Shown: piece by piece, positions 28,552-38,242 of the stretch | How positions within the stretch are numbered: the first letter of the stretch is position 1 | Layout of the letters: every line of letters begins with the position of its first letter | From: a virus | DNA length: 64,000 nt | Direction: 5' to 3' (one strand) | IMG/VR virus record: IMGVR_UViG_3300027971_000028 | Span: 32,001 to 96,000 of that record | The notes under the pieces: generated by a model | Databases searched by the model: none | What the model was told of the DNA's origin: nothing | Seen by the model: the letters and a program-made list of their open reading frames with translations, nothing else | Translations under genes and position numbers: made by a program

Positions 28552-30351
28552 GTGGCAGTATCTGTAGATATAGATGCCCAAGGCGAACATATCCTTATAA
28601 GTGCTGACTGGCGCTACAAAGAACTCTGTAAAAGCCTCCCAGGAGCCTCCTGGAGCGCTTCTGAGCAGGTTTGGAGAGTCCCCCTAAGTTGGACAACCTG
28701 TTTAGCCTTACGCTCCACTTTCCGCAGTGATTTAGAGATAAAGCCTACTTTAGGCGCTTGGGCAGCCAATCAATTAGAGACAAGAATTACCCCAGCCAAC
28801 AATTTAAGAGAGTTAGAGACCTATGAAGGCGATGATGTGCTATTCCCTCATCAAAGAGCGGGAGTTGCCTTTTTAGCAACCGCTAAAAGAGCCCTTCTAG
28901 CCGATGAACCTGGCTTAGGTAAGACTGCTCAGGCTATTAGAGCCCTAAAAGAGTTAAACGATAGAGGAGAAGAGGTTTTCCCTATCCTTATTGTCTGCCC
29001 TAACACTTTAAAGAATAACTGGGCAAGAGAGTTTGCTAGATGGTGGCCAGATGTAACTACACAAGTTATTAAAGGATCTGCTGTTCAACGCAAAAAACAA
29101 TTCGAACAACCAGCACAAGTATTTATTATTAACTGGGAGTCACTGCGTTCTCACTCAAGACTTTCTCCTTATGGATCTATCTCTTTAACAAGATGCCGTG
29201 CTTGTGGTGGTCAAGATGAAAAAATTAGCGAGAACCGTTGTGAAGTTCATTTAAGAGAGTTAAACAACTTTAAATTTAAAGCAGTGGTTGCAGATGAAAT
29301 TCACAGAAGTAAAGATCCTAAGTCAAAACAATCTCGTGCTCTTTGGTCTGCCTCTGGTAATGCTGAAATTCGCTTTGCACTAACTGGAACACCTATTGCT
29401 AACAATGTTGTAGATCTTTGGTCAATACTTCACTGGATCTCTCCTAAGGACTGGCCTAGCAAGACAAAGTGGATTGATCGAATGGTTGATGTAATGCTTA
29501 ACGCTTTTGGTGGAATGATGGTTCTAGGAGTTAAGCCTCAGATGCAGGATGAGTTTTATAAGAGCGTAAATCCATACATGAGACGCATGCTTAAAAAGGT
29601 TGTACTACCAAACCTTCCTCCAGTTCTAAAAGAGCGTAGAGATGTAGAGATGTCTACTAAGCAGAAAAAAGCCTACGAGCAGATGAGAGACTTAATGATC
29701 TCTGAACTTGAGTCTGGCGATACTCTCGCAGCACCTAGCGTTCTAACTCAAACAATTAGACTTCTTCAATTTGCTAGTTCTTATGCAACTATTGCCACCA
29801 ATGAAGTTACTGGTGAGCCTAGAGCAGTATTAGATGCTCCTTCATGCAAAATTGATGCTCTGATGGATGATATTGAAAACGGAGACTTTGGAGATGACTC
29901 TGTAGCGGTAAGCGCCGTCTCTAAACAACTTATTAATCTGCTGAGCGCTGAGTTAACAAAGAAAAAGATTTCTCACGGATTAATTACAGGAGATCAAGAT
30001 GAGGATGAACGTCAGAAGGCTATTGACGATTTTCAGTCTGGAGCAATAAAATGGATTCTGTTTACAGCCCAAGCGGGAGGAGTTGGAATCACACTAACCG
30101 CTGCTCGTCGTCTGATAATGCTTCAAAGACCTTGGTCTTTAGTTGATTACAAGCAAGTATTAGATCGCGTACACAGAATCGGAAGCGAAATACATGACTC
30201 TATAGTAATTACCGACTATGTTACGGAAGGAACTATAGAAGAGAGGGTTATCCAAGTTTTAGAAACTAAAGCCGATAACTTTGAACAAATTGTTAAAGAT
30301 AAAGATCAACTTCTAAAACTACTACAAGATGATAAGACAGGAAACCTATGA
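28552..30351 (+). CDS. SNF2-family (SF2) helicase
   Basis: ADEPGLGKT, DEIH, LTGTPIAN, AGGVGITLT, RVHRIG. Confidence 0.92.
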   Translation: MAVSVDIDAQGEHILISADWRYKELCKSLPGASWSASEQVWRVPLSWTTCLALRSTFRSDLEIKPTLGAWAANQLETRITPANNLRELETYEGDDVLFPHQRAGVAFLATAKRALLADEPGLGKTAQAIRALKELNDRGEEVFPILIVCPNTLKNNWAREFARWWPDVTTQVIKGSAVQRKKQFEQPAQVFIINWESLRSHSRLSPYGSISLTRCRACGGQDEKISENRCEVHLRELNNFKFKAVVADEIHRSKDPKSKQSRALWSASGNAEIRFALTGTPIANNVVDLWSILHWISPKDWPSKTKWIDRMVDVMLNAFGGMMVLGVKPQMQDEFYKSVNPYMRRMLKKVVLPNLPPVLKERRDVEMSTKQKKAYEQMRDLMISELESGDTLAAPSVLTQTIRLLQFASSYATIATNEVTGEPRAVLDAPSCKIDALMDDIENGDFGDDSVAVSAVSKQLINLLSAELTKKKISHGLITGDQDEDERQKAIDDFQSGAIKWILFTAQAGGVGITLTAARRLIMLQRPWSLVDYKQVLDRVHRIGSEIHDSIVITDYVTEGTIEERVIQVLETKADNFEQIVKDKDQLLKLLQDDKTGNL

Positions 30352-31274
30352 GTGGAGTCATAAGACTATCTAACTCGGAAATACAGACATTTAAAGATTG
30401 TCGCCGTCGTTGGTGGCTAACTTACTATCGTGCATTAAAACCTAAGCATCAAGATATGACTGGTCCACTTGCTATGGGAAGCAGAATCCATGCCGCTCTA
30501 GATGCTCACTACGCAAAAGGTGTTCCTTTGCTAACTGCGCACTCTGAATTAATTGAACAAGATAAACAACTTTTACTACAAGATTTTAGAGATGTATCTA
30601 ACCTTGAAACAGAAGGTGAGTTAGGTCGCATCATGCTTGAAGGCTATGAGCAATGGGTAGAAGAAAATGGTATTGATGCAGAACTTGAGATGATTTCAAC
30701 GGAGGAAACAATTATTGCTCCACTGTTTAATGGCGAAGTAGAACTTCAAGGAAAACTTGATATGCGTGTTCGTCGCAAAGCCGACGGCGTAAGAATGTTC
30801 CGTGACTTTAAAACTGTAGGAGGCTCTTTATCTGAGTTTGCAAATATGGCTCATATGAATGAGCAGGTTATGACATATATGCTTTTAGAGTCTACTAAAA
30901 CAGATGAGAAGGAAAGAAGTGAGGGTGGAATATTTACACTTCTTAAAAAAGTTCGTAGAACTGCGGCTGCTAAACCTCCGTTCTATGATCAAGTAGAAAT
31001 TCGCCATAACATATTTACTTTACGCTCTTTCTGGAATAGAATTCACGGAACGATTACAGATTTAATGAGAGTAAGACAGGCGTTAGATGCTGGTGAAAGC
31101 CATGCATTTAATGCTTATCCAAAACCAAGTCGTGACTGTAAATGGAAATGCCAATTTTTTGCTATCTGCCCAATGTTTGACGACGGAAGCGCCGCTGAAC
31201 AAGCACTTAGTGAAATGTATGAGGAGACTGATCCTTATGCATATTATGAAACAGAGAAAAAAGGAGGCGAGTGA
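30348..31274 (+). CDS. Cas4-like PD-(D/E)XK exonuclease
   Basis: N-terminal C(RRRW), GKLD..DFKT, QVMTY, C-terminal C-x3-C-x5-C. Confidence 0.85.
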   Translation: MSGVIRLSNSEIQTFKDCRRRWWLTYYRALKPKHQDMTGPLAMGSRIHAALDAHYAKGVPLLTAHSELIEQDKQLLLQDFRDVSNLETEGELGRIMLEGYEQWVEENGIDAELEMISTEETIIAPLFNGEVELQGKLDMRVRRKADGVRMFRDFKTVGGSLSEFANMAHMNEQVMTYMLLESTKTDEKERSEGGIFTLLKKVRRTAAAKPPFYDQVEIRHNIFTLRSFWNRIHGTITDLMRVRQALDAGESHAFNAYPKPSRDCKWKCQFFAICPMFDDGSAAEQALSEMYEETDPYAYYETEKKGGE

Positions 31275-31277
31275 CGT

Positions 31278-32057
31278 ATGAGTGAGATCCAACGCTCTCT
31301 TACGGTTATGGTGTACGGAGAAAGCAAGGTAGGTAAATCTACTTTTGCTGTAACTGCTCCATACCCACGACTCATGCTTGACGTCGAGGGTGGGCACCGA
31401 TTCCTACCTATCGTTGTTAAGTATTGGGATCCTCTTCGCGAGGAACCACCAATCGCTGATGGAACTTGGGACACTGTTGTAGTTACAGTTCGTGACTATG
31501 ACACTGTTATTAAGGTTTATCAGTGGTTACAACTTGGAAAGCATCACTTCAAGAGTTTGATTATTGATTCAATCTCTGAACTACAAGTTAAATGTATGGA
31601 CAGCATCGCAGGTACAGAACAAATGAAGATGCAACAGTGGGGCGAACTTCTTCGTCACATGGGTGGGCTTCTTCGTGATCTTCGCGATCTAACTATGCAT
31701 GCTACAAATCCTCTTGAAGCAGTTGTACTTACTGCTATGTCAAGAACAAGCCAGGATGGAAGACACCGTCCATATCTACAAGGTCAACTAGCAATTCAAG
31801 CACCATATTTTTACGACATTCTTGGTGCGTTGACAGTAGAGCAAATGGCAAATCCAGATCCACTACAACCTCCTTATAAAGTAAGGCGTATGTATGTGGA
31901 AAGAACAAACGATTATGAGGCTGGCGAGCGAGTACAAGGTCGTCTAGGTTCTATAGTCGAGCAAGACAAGTTATCAATTGAAGTAATGCTTAATACCATT
32001 TTTGGAACTAAGCAAAATACTCAAGATAAAACAACTAAAGAAAAGAAAGAGGTATAA
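31278..32057 (+). CDS. Sak4-like AAA ATPase (single-strand annealing protein)
   Basis: YGESKVGKST Walker A, LDVEGG, IIDSISE; sits between the nuclease and SSB genes. Confidence 0.75.
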   Translation: MSEIQRSLTVMVYGESKVGKSTFAVTAPYPRLMLDVEGGHRFLPIVVKYWDPLREEPPIADGTWDTVVVTVRDYDTVIKVYQWLQLGKHHFKSLIIDSISELQVKCMDSIAGTEQMKMQQWGELLRHMGGLLRDLRDLTMHATNPLEAVVLTAMSRTSQDGRHRPYLQGQLAIQAPYFYDILGALTVEQMANPDPLQPPYKVRRMYVERTNDYEAGERVQGRLGSIVEQDKLSIEVMLNTIFGTKQNTQDKTTKEKKEV

Positions 32058-32060
32058 CAA

Positions 32061-32576
32061 ATGAGTACTCTAAATTGGGGTGACCTCATCAAAGAAGCAG
32101 GCGAATCAGGTAACTATGATCCGCTTCCAGATGGTGATTACGATGTTCTAGTCCTAGAGGCTACACATAAAATGACACAGAGTGGCAAAACAATGTTCTC
32201 TGTAAAAGCGCAGGTTGAAGGTGGCGCTCATAACAAGCGTCTAGTTTGGGATAACTTAGTTGTTTCTCCAGACAGTCCTGCCGCACTTGGTATCTTTTTC
32301 AAAAAGATGCATGCTCTTGGTGTTCCTCGTGATTACTTTTTACAGCAACCAGCGCCAACCAATGCTCAGATTGAGCAAATAATTACTGGTAAGCGTTTCC
32401 GTGCTCAAGTTGGAACACGTACTTGGAATGGTTCTAAGAAGAACGAAATCAAGAACTACTACCCAAACGCTGCGCAAACTTCTGCAGCATCTGCTCCAGT
32501 TGCCGCTGCTCCAGCGCCAGCACCTGCACCAGCTCCAGCGCCAGCACCTGCTGCTGCTCCTGCTGCTCCGTTCTAA
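32061..32576 (+). CDS. DUF669-like single-stranded DNA-binding protein
   Basis: YDPLPDGDYDV..SGKTM..N.IK.Y with a Pro/Ala tail ending in APF. Confidence 0.75.
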   Translation: MSTLNWGDLIKEAGESGNYDPLPDGDYDVLVLEATHKMTQSGKTMFSVKAQVEGGAHNKRLVWDNLVVSPDSPAALGIFFKKMHALGVPRDYFLQQPAPTNAQIEQIITGKRFRAQVGTRTWNGSKKNEIKNYYPNAAQTSAASAPVAAAPAPAPAPAPAPAPAAAPAAPF

Positions 32577-32590
32577 ATAAAAAATAGAGT

Positions 32591-32639
32591 TTACTAGATG
32601 TTGTTGTTGTTCAGGGGAATTACCAACAACATCTAGTAA
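32591..32639. terminator. 16-bp perfect inverted repeat after the SSB gene
   Basis: TTACTAGATGTTGTTG-N17-CAACAACATCTAGTAA. Confidence 0.6.
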
Positions 32640-32663
32640 CCATCTTAGATATAAGAGGTTTAT

Positions 32664-33674
32664 ATGAAGGTATTAATTACAGGGTGCACAGCCTCTCACG
32701 CATCCAAAAATACAAACGAAAAAGTTCCTTCATTTGCTGGAAATATTAATAGTGCTTTAACTGAATTAGGTTTTGATGTTACTTGGGAAGATCCTTCAGT
32801 AACTATGACTAAAGATTATTTATCTCAATATGACGCCATTTTAGTGGGTATCGCTAAGCCAACAGGTATTGCATCCCACAGGGCATACGGTGCTCTATCC
32901 GTAATAAATCACGCTAGTGACCTAGGAACTCTTTCTCTTTTTATAGACACGATAGATCCTCACAAACTTTACTTCAGTCTGGGAGACATATATAGGAAGC
33001 CAGAGTCTTTCTTTGGCAGTTTCTACTCTAAAAAACGAGAGTACAAGTTAGCCTTAGAGCCTAAAAACTATGAAAACGTAATAGAGGGCGCTAGAAAACT
33101 TTATGGCGGTGCTTGGCCTAAAACAATTATTCCGTCTTACCCTTGGTCTACTGAAGAGGTAGTTACTAAATACATACCTAATATAAACAAAACAAAATTA
33201 TTCTTAGTTAACCCAGACTCCTACCTTTTAGAAATTAATAACCCGATACACAACTATGCTGATGGAAGTTATTGGTGCATAGATAATCCCAAGACGGATT
33301 GGTATCGTAAGGTATCTGTTTCTTTATCTAACCCGCAACTTAACTACAGAGCAACTAAGTGGGAAGGCAATAAAGACATATTGACTAGAATATCTAGTTC
33401 AATGGGAGTTTTAGTTTCAGTCTACAAATCTGGAAATCCTTGGTGGTTTCCAACTTTATCTCAAACGCTTTACATAGGAGTACCTGCAATTACTGATTGG
33501 AGGTTAACTACGTATATGGGTCCAGAATGGTCAATGCTTCCAAACGCTATAGAGGAGATGAGTCCTATTGAAAGAGTGGAAGTGTCTAAGAAACAGAAAG
33601 AGTCTTATATTCAAAATATACCCTCATGGGAGAGTGTAAAAGAAAATATAGGAAACATACTGCTACAAAAGTAA
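32664..33674 (+). CDS. Putative GT-B glycosyltransferase (T4 beta-glucosyltransferase-like N-terminal pattern)
   Basis: MKVLITG..ALTELGFDVTW..QYDAILVG..SLFID pattern resembles DNA glucosyltransferases; family call is tentative. Confidence 0.45.
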   Translation: MKVLITGCTASHASKNTNEKVPSFAGNINSALTELGFDVTWEDPSVTMTKDYLSQYDAILVGIAKPTGIASHRAYGALSVINHASDLGTLSLFIDTIDPHKLYFSLGDIYRKPESFFGSFYSKKREYKLALEPKNYENVIEGARKLYGGAWPKTIIPSYPWSTEEVVTKYIPNINKTKLFLVNPDSYLLEINNPIHNYADGSYWCIDNPKTDWYRKVSVSLSNPQLNYRATKWEGNKDILTRISSSMGVLVSVYKSGNPWWFPTLSQTLYIGVPAITDWRLTTYMGPEWSMLPNAIEEMSPIERVEVSKKQKESYIQNIPSWESVKENIGNILLQK

Positions 33675-33704
33675 TAAACAAACTAACTAGGAAAGGAACA
33701 AAAA

Positions 33705-34136
33705 ATGGCTGATGTAGATATCGCCTGGGTAAAAGAGCAACTGACAAAAAACAAGACCAGAAGAATTGTTGGTGACTCTGTTCTAACTCTTCTCAAGTCT
33801 TGGGAAGATGTAAAAGAAAAGAATAAAGAACAAAAAGTTGACTACTCTAAAGATATTATTGCTATCTTTGCTAAGTTGTCACTGGGTCACGCTCTTGTAA
33901 AAGAAGAAAAAGGCGAGACTTGGGTTCAGGTAACTCCTGGCTCAATTGTTTTGGCAGATTACGTGCGAATAAAGTCTGATGCTTTTGATAATAAGAGCGG
34001 TAAAGACTTTAATGGAAGGAGAGGTCGGGTTGTAGGAATTCGTTATGGAGATATTATTATTAAAAGTGATGATAATAAAGCTCCTCTTTTAGACGGAGTT
34101 CATTTAAGACCAGATCAATTAGAGAAACGCTTGTAA
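33705..34136 (+). CDS. Hypothetical protein with SH3-like C-terminal half
   Basis: 143 aa, SD GGAAAGGA; GRRGRVVGIRYGDIII. Confidence 0.7.
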   Translation: MADVDIAWVKEQLTKNKTRRIVGDSVLTLLKSWEDVKEKNKEQKVDYSKDIIAIFAKLSLGHALVKEEKGETWVQVTPGSIVLADYVRIKSDAFDNKSGKDFNGRRGRVVGIRYGDIIIKSDDNKAPLLDGVHLRPDQLEKRL

Positions 34137-34137
34137 C

Positions 34138-34356
34138 TTGAAAACAGTTACATATAAGTTCTCTGTAGTTGGGAATAATCATCAAGAGATTATTGACAAT
34201 ATCAAAGAAGAAATATCTTTGTACCTTGCCATAAACTCTGATGACCCACTAAAATATGTTAATTATGAGGTAACTATTGATGGCACCTCTGATAAAAATC
34301 TTCCCAAAAAATACAATGCTCAAGTGATAGCGAGGATAAAGGATGACATCAGGTAA
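34138..34356 (+). CDS. Hypothetical protein
   Basis: 72-aa ORF tightly packed in the operon. Confidence 0.55.
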   Translation: MKTVTYKFSVVGNNHQEIIDNIKEEISLYLAINSDDPLKYVNYEVTIDGTSDKNLPKKYNAQVIARIKDDIR

Positions 34357-34669
34357 CGAAGAAACACCAACAACTAATGAACCTACTACCTTACGGGTTG
34401 AAGCGCTACGGGAAGCCGCCAGAATTATTTCTGGGGAGCGCAACAAACAGTACGGTGGTCCTGAAGAAAACTTTGAAAGAATAGCAAAAATATGGGAGAT
34501 AATTTTTGGTATCCCTGTAAGTAATGAAGATGTAGCGATGGCAATGGTTGCTGTAAAAGTTGCTCGCTATGCTTCTAAATCTGGATACCAACCAGATACT
34601 TGGATTGATATTGCTGGTTACGCTGCATGCGGTTATGAGGTCGGGAACTTGGAGAATAAACAAAAATAA
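34343..34669 (+). CDS. DUF6378-like all-helical protein (possible nucleotide pyrophosphatase)
   Basis: ERNKQYG.PEENFERIAKIW..DVAMAM..K.AR..DTWIDIAGYA. Confidence 0.7.
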   Translation: MTSGNEETPTTNEPTTLRVEALREAARIISGERNKQYGGPEENFERIAKIWEIIFGIPVSNEDVAMAMVAVKVARYASKSGYQPDTWIDIAGYAACGYEVGNLENKQK

Positions 34670-34715
34670 TTTGTAAGTAAATAACCCGATAACCAAACTT
34701 TAAAAGGAGAGCCAA

Positions 34716-34994
34716 GTGTCTCGTGGACCATGGGAATTTGAAGAACCGTTATGCGCAGAAGTTGGTGTAGAAATATTTTACACTGATGATAAAGATGAAA
34801 AGAAAGTTGATTCGATGAGTACATATGCAATGGCAAATTCCATATGCAAACAGTGTCCTCACAAAGCCGAGTGTGCTGACTGGGCTATTAAAAATGAACT
34901 GTTTGGTTTTTGGGGAGGACTAAGTCCCAAGGATAGAACTAATATAAGAAAGCACAAAAGAATTCCTGTAAATATAGATTTAAAACAAATATAG
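34716..34994 (+). CDS. whiB: WhiB-family transcription regulator
   Basis: C...CxxC...C plus GFWGG. Confidence 0.9.
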   Translation: MSRGPWEFEEPLCAEVGVEIFYTDDKDEKKVDSMSTYAMANSICKQCPHKAECADWAIKNELFGFWGGLSPKDRTNIRKHKRIPVNIDLKQI

Positions 34995-34995
34995 A

Positions 34996-35343
34996 ATGGA
35001 AAATACAACTAGAATTGTCCTACTAGATACGCCTAAAGAAAGGCTATGTATGGAAGACAGTTCAATAGTTAGCCCTATGGCTCTCTGCGAGTTGTGCTGG
35101 ATGGAAGAGCACTCCAAGTGGGAGCCTCAGAGTGTGAATGAAGATGGCAACATCCTTGTAAAACTTGTTGGTGTAGATATGCCAACAATAATAAACACTG
35201 GCTCTGTAGATGTCTGCTGTATGTGCGGATCAGTAACTATTGCTGGGATATATGAGTTAAAGAAGCAAGAAGAAATATACTTTACCAATGATGAGTTTTC
35301 AAAGGATTTTGAGTTTAATTTTTACTCTACAGAAGACGAATAG
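34996..35343 (+). CDS. Hypothetical protein with two CxxC pairs
   Basis: CELC and CCMC; acidic C-terminus. Confidence 0.65.
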   Translation: MENTTRIVLLDTPKERLCMEDSSIVSPMALCELCWMEEHSKWEPQSVNEDGNILVKLVGVDMPTIINTGSVDVCCMCGSVTIAGIYELKKQEEIYFTNDEFSKDFEFNFYSTEDE

Positions 35344-35357
35344 CCTCTAAAAAACTA

Positions 35358-35696
35358 ATGAAAAAAGACACAAGACCTGGGGAAGAGCTTTGGTGTGAGT
35401 GGAGTGGATCTGGCTACAATAAAAATAACCCTGACTCAACCGTTTATTACACTTTAGATTATGTAGATATGGATAATGATCTTGTCTCTAGAGCACTAGC
35501 ATCTGCTATTCAAAGAGACGGGGTTGCCGATTCTTTAGGAGATAGTTTTAAATTAATTGAAAATTGTCAAATAACTAGGGGCTGGTGTGGCATTCTAGAG
35601 GAAGAGTTTGAGTACGTAGTGTGTGACGAAAATTCTGAAACCGAGTATGGTGATATAGTAGATAATATTGAATTAACTACTTGGATAGAAATATAG
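35358..35696 (+). CDS. Acidic hypothetical protein
   Basis: 112-aa ORF. Confidence 0.65.
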   Translation: MKKDTRPGEELWCEWSGSGYNKNNPDSTVYYTLDYVDMDNDLVSRALASAIQRDGVADSLGDSFKLIENCQITRGWCGILEEEFEYVVCDENSETEYGDIVDNIELTTWIEI

Positions 35697-35751
35697 TAAA
35701 TATAGTGTTTTAGTCAGTAGATTTATAGTGCTTTAGTTTAAAATAGAGCAT

Positions 35752-36276
35752 ATGTGGAAACCAGCAGAAAGCCTTAGATGGCAGAGTGAAGCCTTATGCG
35801 CTAAACCATCAAATAAAAAATATTTAGACTGGTTCTTTTCTAAAGATTTTTCTCAAAAATATGATGCTAAAAATTTATGTTTCTCCTGCCCTGTGAGAAA
35901 AGATTGTTTACAGTGGGCTTTAGAGCACAGACAAATTTGGGGAATATGGGGAGGCAAAGATGAAATTGAGATCCGCAGAACTCTTTCTGTTTCATATCTT
36001 GGAGAAGAGACTCGACGCCGTAGATACCCTAACTGTCCGTTCTGTACTGCTAGACCTGGCAAACTAGAAACATCTGTAGAAAAACTATCAACAACTGGAA
36101 GATGGACTACAGCAAAAATTGTTACCTGTACCGAGTGTGGCTTTGCTTGGAGAAGTAGAACTAGCGCCAATGCAGTAGAGGCGTATAAGGCTGAGAAAAT
36201 TGATAAAGCAGCCAAGTTAGAGAAGAAAAAAGAGAAATTAAGGAAGAAAAACAAGCGTAAAAAAGCAGTTTCATAG
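35752..36276 (+). CDS. whiB: WhiB-family regulator fused to a zinc ribbon and basic tail
   Basis: W...ALC..AKNLCFSCPVRKDC..WGIWGG, then CPFC...CTEC and a Lys-rich end. Confidence 0.9.
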   Translation: MWKPAESLRWQSEALCAKPSNKKYLDWFFSKDFSQKYDAKNLCFSCPVRKDCLQWALEHRQIWGIWGGKDEIEIRRTLSVSYLGEETRRRRYPNCPFCTARPGKLETSVEKLSTTGRWTTAKIVTCTECGFAWRSRTSANAVEAYKAEKIDKAAKLEKKKEKLRKKNKRKKAVS

Positions 36277-36344
36277 CCTACTTGCTATTTTCTATCCTAC
36301 CTACTAGTATTGCCTCTCAAGAGACAAAATGACTAGGAGCAAGA

Positions 36345-37487
36345 ATGTTAAAGAATAAAGTACGTATATTAGGTTTAGCCACTGCGCTAACACTTATTGC
36401 CAGCCCAGCCTTTGCTGGATGGGCAGCAGATACAGATGCACAAAGCACAGTATCTCGAATGAAGTCTGAAGATTTGCTTCAAACAAGAGCCGATGGCTAC
36501 TTTGCAATCACTTTAGATGAAATCACATCTACACCACAGACATCTGGTCTTACCAATGCCCCGTCTGCTAAAGCAAAATACGCAGTTATTATTGATGGTG
36601 TTGTTGATCGGATAGTTACTTGGGATGGTTATTCACCAAACCGTGTAATTGATTCATATGGAATTATTGTAAAGCTTCCTGCTAATGCTGGAGTTAAGTA
36701 TGTTGATTCAAGGGGTATAACTCGCCTTAAGCCAATTACTCAAGGCTCAATTGTTTCTGTATATGTAGCACCTGATGTAAAGGTAACTCCTACATATGAG
36801 ATCACTCAATTGTCTCCAGTAACACTCCCAACTGAGCCAACTGGTTCTGCTGTCTCAGAGGCAAACTCTTCAGTAGTTACCTCTCAAACACTTAATTCTA
36901 ACAACTCAGTCTCAATGACTGTTGAGGTTGCTGGCGTTCAGGATCTGCCGTCTACATCAGTTGTTTCTGTATACACAGTTACAGATGGTCGCTCAACTAC
37001 CTCAGTAGGTCTTGCGCAGGGGCAAAGCACGGTAACCATAAATGATCTACCTCAGGATCAAAACGTCACAGTTAAAACAGTAATTTGTGATACTTTGACA
37101 AATACTGAGACTGTAATATCAAACCCTATAGTTGCAACTGTTGCCTCAACTGCGCCAGCGCCAACTCCAGCTAGAAGTGCCGCAACAGATCGAGCAACAA
37201 TTACTGCTCCATCTATCTCTTCTCGAGTTGTAGATGCCTCTGGAGCCTTATCTGTGGCTATTGCAATGCCAGCAGTTCCAAACTTTGACTCAAGTAAATC
37301 TTGGGCAACTCTTATTGTCCGTGATAATAAATCTGGCTCAACTACAGCAATTGGAACAGATGGAACAGCCCAGACTCTAAATGTTGGATCCCTTGGATCA
37401 GGTCGTGATTACACCGTTTCGGTTGTAGTTCGTGATCTTGCTACAGGACAAGAGACTGTGATTAGTGGTGAAGGCATATCTAAGTAA
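36345..37487 (+). CDS. Secreted Ser/Thr-rich protein with signal peptide and two beta-sandwich-like repeats
   Basis: MLKNKVR-hydrophobic-PAFA signal peptide; SD AGGAG. Confidence 0.75.
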   Translation: MLKNKVRILGLATALTLIASPAFAGWAADTDAQSTVSRMKSEDLLQTRADGYFAITLDEITSTPQTSGLTNAPSAKAKYAVIIDGVVDRIVTWDGYSPNRVIDSYGIIVKLPANAGVKYVDSRGITRLKPITQGSIVSVYVAPDVKVTPTYEITQLSPVTLPTEPTGSAVSEANSSVVTSQTLNSNNSVSMTVEVAGVQDLPSTSVVSVYTVTDGRSTTSVGLAQGQSTVTINDLPQDQNVTVKTVICDTLTNTETVISNPIVATVASTAPAPTPARSAATDRATITAPSISSRVVDASGALSVAIAMPAVPNFDSSKSWATLIVRDNKSGSTTAIGTDGTAQTLNVGSLGSGRDYTVSVVVRDLATGQETVISGEGISK

Positions 37488-37497
37488 TACAACATAT

Positions 37498-37537
37498 AAA
37501 ATAGGGATCACTTATAGAGAGTGATCCCTATTTTTTA
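37498..37537 (+). terminator. Intrinsic terminator
   Basis: ATAGGGATCACT-N7-AGTGATCCCTAT followed by a T-run. Confidence 0.85.
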
Positions 37538-37546
37538 TATATTCCA

Positions 37547-37555
37547 TGTTAAAAT
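37547..37555 (+). promoter_or_regulatory. Extended -10 TGtTAAAAT 6 nt before the ATG (leaderless candidate)
   Basis: No SD before 37562. Confidence 0.55.
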
Positions 37556-37561
37556 TAAGTT

Positions 37562-38242
37562 ATGACTCGCTCAATTATCTTAGTTCCATCTAGAACTAGA
37601 CCTAAAAGATTTGTTAAAGCAGTGGACTCTCTAAGATATCACTCAACTGTTTCGGACATAGTTGCTTGCTTAGATGAGGATGATCACGCTTTATATCCAA
37701 GGATGCAGGGTATTAAGTATGAGATAGGACCTAAACCAGAGCAGTTAGGTGTAAATGAAAAACTAAATCGCATGGCAAATAAGTATATGGACGAGTATGA
37801 CTACATTCTTTGGGCAGCGGATGACACGACTGTTATGACACCTAAGTGGGATGAAAACCTTATTAATGCAATAAAAGATGTGCCTATGGGCATCTCATAC
37901 CCAGATGATTTGGCTCAAAGGGCTCTTTTACCTAGCAACGGAACTTGTTTTGATTCAAATATTGTAAAAACACTTGGATACCTAGCCCCTCCTGAGTTAT
38001 TACATTTATATATAGATAATTTTTGGAAACTACTAGGAGATGCTATGCAGACTCTTAGATACTGCCCTGAAGTTATCTTAGAACATCACCACTACGCAGT
38101 TCGCAAGGCACCTTCTGATGATTTATATGCTGCGATAAACTCTCCTTGGATGTATGAGCGAGATAGGAATGCTTTGGCTAAATATAAGATGACAAATTTT
38201 CAGAGTGATATTACAAAACTAAAAGAGGCAATTAACAAATGA
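37562..38242 (+). CDS. GT-A fold glycosyltransferase (GT2-like)
   Basis: IILVPSR..IVACLDEDD..YDYILWAADD; EHHH near the C-terminus. Confidence 0.8.
   Translation: MTRSIILVPSRTRPKRFVKAVDSLRYHSTVSDIVACLDEDDHALYPRMQGIKYEIGPKPEQLGVNEKLNRMANKYMDEYDYILWAADDTTVMTPKWDENLINAIKDVPMGISYPDDLAQRALLPSNGTCFDSNIVKTLGYLAPPELLHLYIDNFWKLLGDAMQTLRYCPEVILEHHHYAVRKAPSDDLYAAINSPWMYERDRNALAKYKMTNFQSDITKLKEAINK

Noticed and set aside
30348-31274. Cas4-like gene as sign of a CRISPR system
   Set aside because: No repeat-spacer array or other cas genes; context is the usual nuclease-Sak4-SSB recombination module
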